Source: Macrostomum lignano
Taxonomy: Eukaryota
DNA length: 64,000 nt
Direction of reading: 5' to 3'
NCBI GenBank assembly: GCA_002269645.1
Contig: NIVC01002808.1
Span: 13,295 to 77,294, forward strand
Part shown: positions 63,150-64,000 of the stretch, in pieces
Numbering within the stretch: the first letter of the stretch is position 1
Layout of the letters: the number at the start of each line of letters is the position of its first letter
Notes under the pieces: generated by a model
Seen by the model: only the letters and a program-made list of their open reading frames with translations
Told to the model about the DNA's origin: nothing
Database searches by the model: none
Program-made: the position numbers and the translations under genes

Positions 63150-63378
63150 ATTTCAGATCGAAAGAGCCGCTTGACCTTTGCAAAAAAGCCTGTTTTTCGA
63201 ATATTTAATCCCTTTAATATTGAGCAATTTCTTAGCCAAGATGCATGTACCGTCCCAGGAAAATTTCTGATCGAATGGTGCAAGTTTGAAAGAAAATCGG
63301 TTGAGCCATTTTTTTTTGAATTCTATCGCATCCTACCCACATACATACAGACAACTCATTTTTTAGTATATACGAGGC
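63150..63378 (-). mobile_element. Possible end of a non-autonomous Helitron-like element
   Basis: TGCAAGTTTGAAAGAAAATCGGTTGAGCC...ACATACATACAGACAACTCATTTTTTAGTATATACGA resembles the termini of invertebrate non-autonomous Helitron-like repeats as I recall them. The other end was not found. Confidence 0.25.
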
Positions 63379-64000
63379 CAACTCCTCCTTCGGAGAAGAA
63401 AGAGGGAAGACCTCCAATCAGCGGAATTCCATTCCCTGAACTCCATCAGCGGAATCCCATTTTCCAACACCTCTCGCGCAACAGAAATTCGTCTCCGTGA
63501 AACTGAACACTATCATAAATCTCTCCTGGTGAAACTGAACACCATCGAAATATTCTCGCGAAATAGAAATCCTCTCCGTGAAACTGGACTAAATCGAAAA
63601 TTTCTACGTCAAACAGCCCAGCTCTCAGAATTCATTGGTTAAGCGTTCAGGTTAGGGTTAGAGCTACACACAGCTATGCGTGTTGAAAGACGCCGTTAAA
63701 AACTTGAACAATTAAATTGCGCAACTTATTTCTCAGGCAGTCAGTATCAGCCTCAGTTAAAGTTAACAAAAAGATTGCGCCAATCTAAATCAACCTCAAA
63801 TACACAGCAACCGACCCCCTTCAATACGCAGTGCAGCTAGAAATTGAACCCCCCCCTCACCAACTATTGGGGTCGGTCTGACCCCCATTTAACTCCAAAA
63901 TGAGAACAATCTTTGCAGAAAGCTAAAAGTATGAAAATCTTATTCTTGAATGCGCTGTGAATTTAATTTTCATATTTTAAAGCAAAAAACTTATATCCCG

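Noticed and set aside
63650-63665. TTAGGGTTAG telomere-like word
   Set aside because: Fewer than two full units; consistent with chance.

Overview
Eukaryotic (metazoan) genomic DNA. GC-rich exons sit among introns and intergenic DNA packed with micro- and minisatellites: more than 30 distinct arrays, about one third of the window by my manual estimate. The style suggests a free-living flatworm such as Macrostomum, which is an inference only. Five host genes could be modelled by hand with GT-AG junctions and consistent phases. (1) The 5' part of an ATR/Mec1 checkpoint kinase gene (minus strand, 15 exons, running off the window start). (2) A Zic/odd-paired zinc-finger gene (plus, 3 exons). (3) An OST-alpha/SLC51A-like solute transporter (minus). 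(4) An intronless type I membrane protein with 3 FN2 domains, a possible beta-trefoil and 8 unusual 4-cysteine TSP1-like repeats (plus). (5) An SLC16/MCT transporter (minus, 4 exons). A decayed ~6.1 kb CACTA/EnSpm (CMC) DNA transposon lies about 290 bp upstream of the ATR start codon, and its right end sits in a 1.3 kb CpG-free tract. The most notable observations are the novel-looking FN2/TSP1 receptor architecture, intronic tandem repeats that multiply functional splice signals (32 ATR donor copies, 9 in-phase Zic acceptors), the asymmetric CpG erosion of the transposon, and a ZOC-like motif in the Zic protein. Most long ORFs in the supplied track are repeat artefacts. Protein family calls rest on motif recognition from memory; no database search was run.
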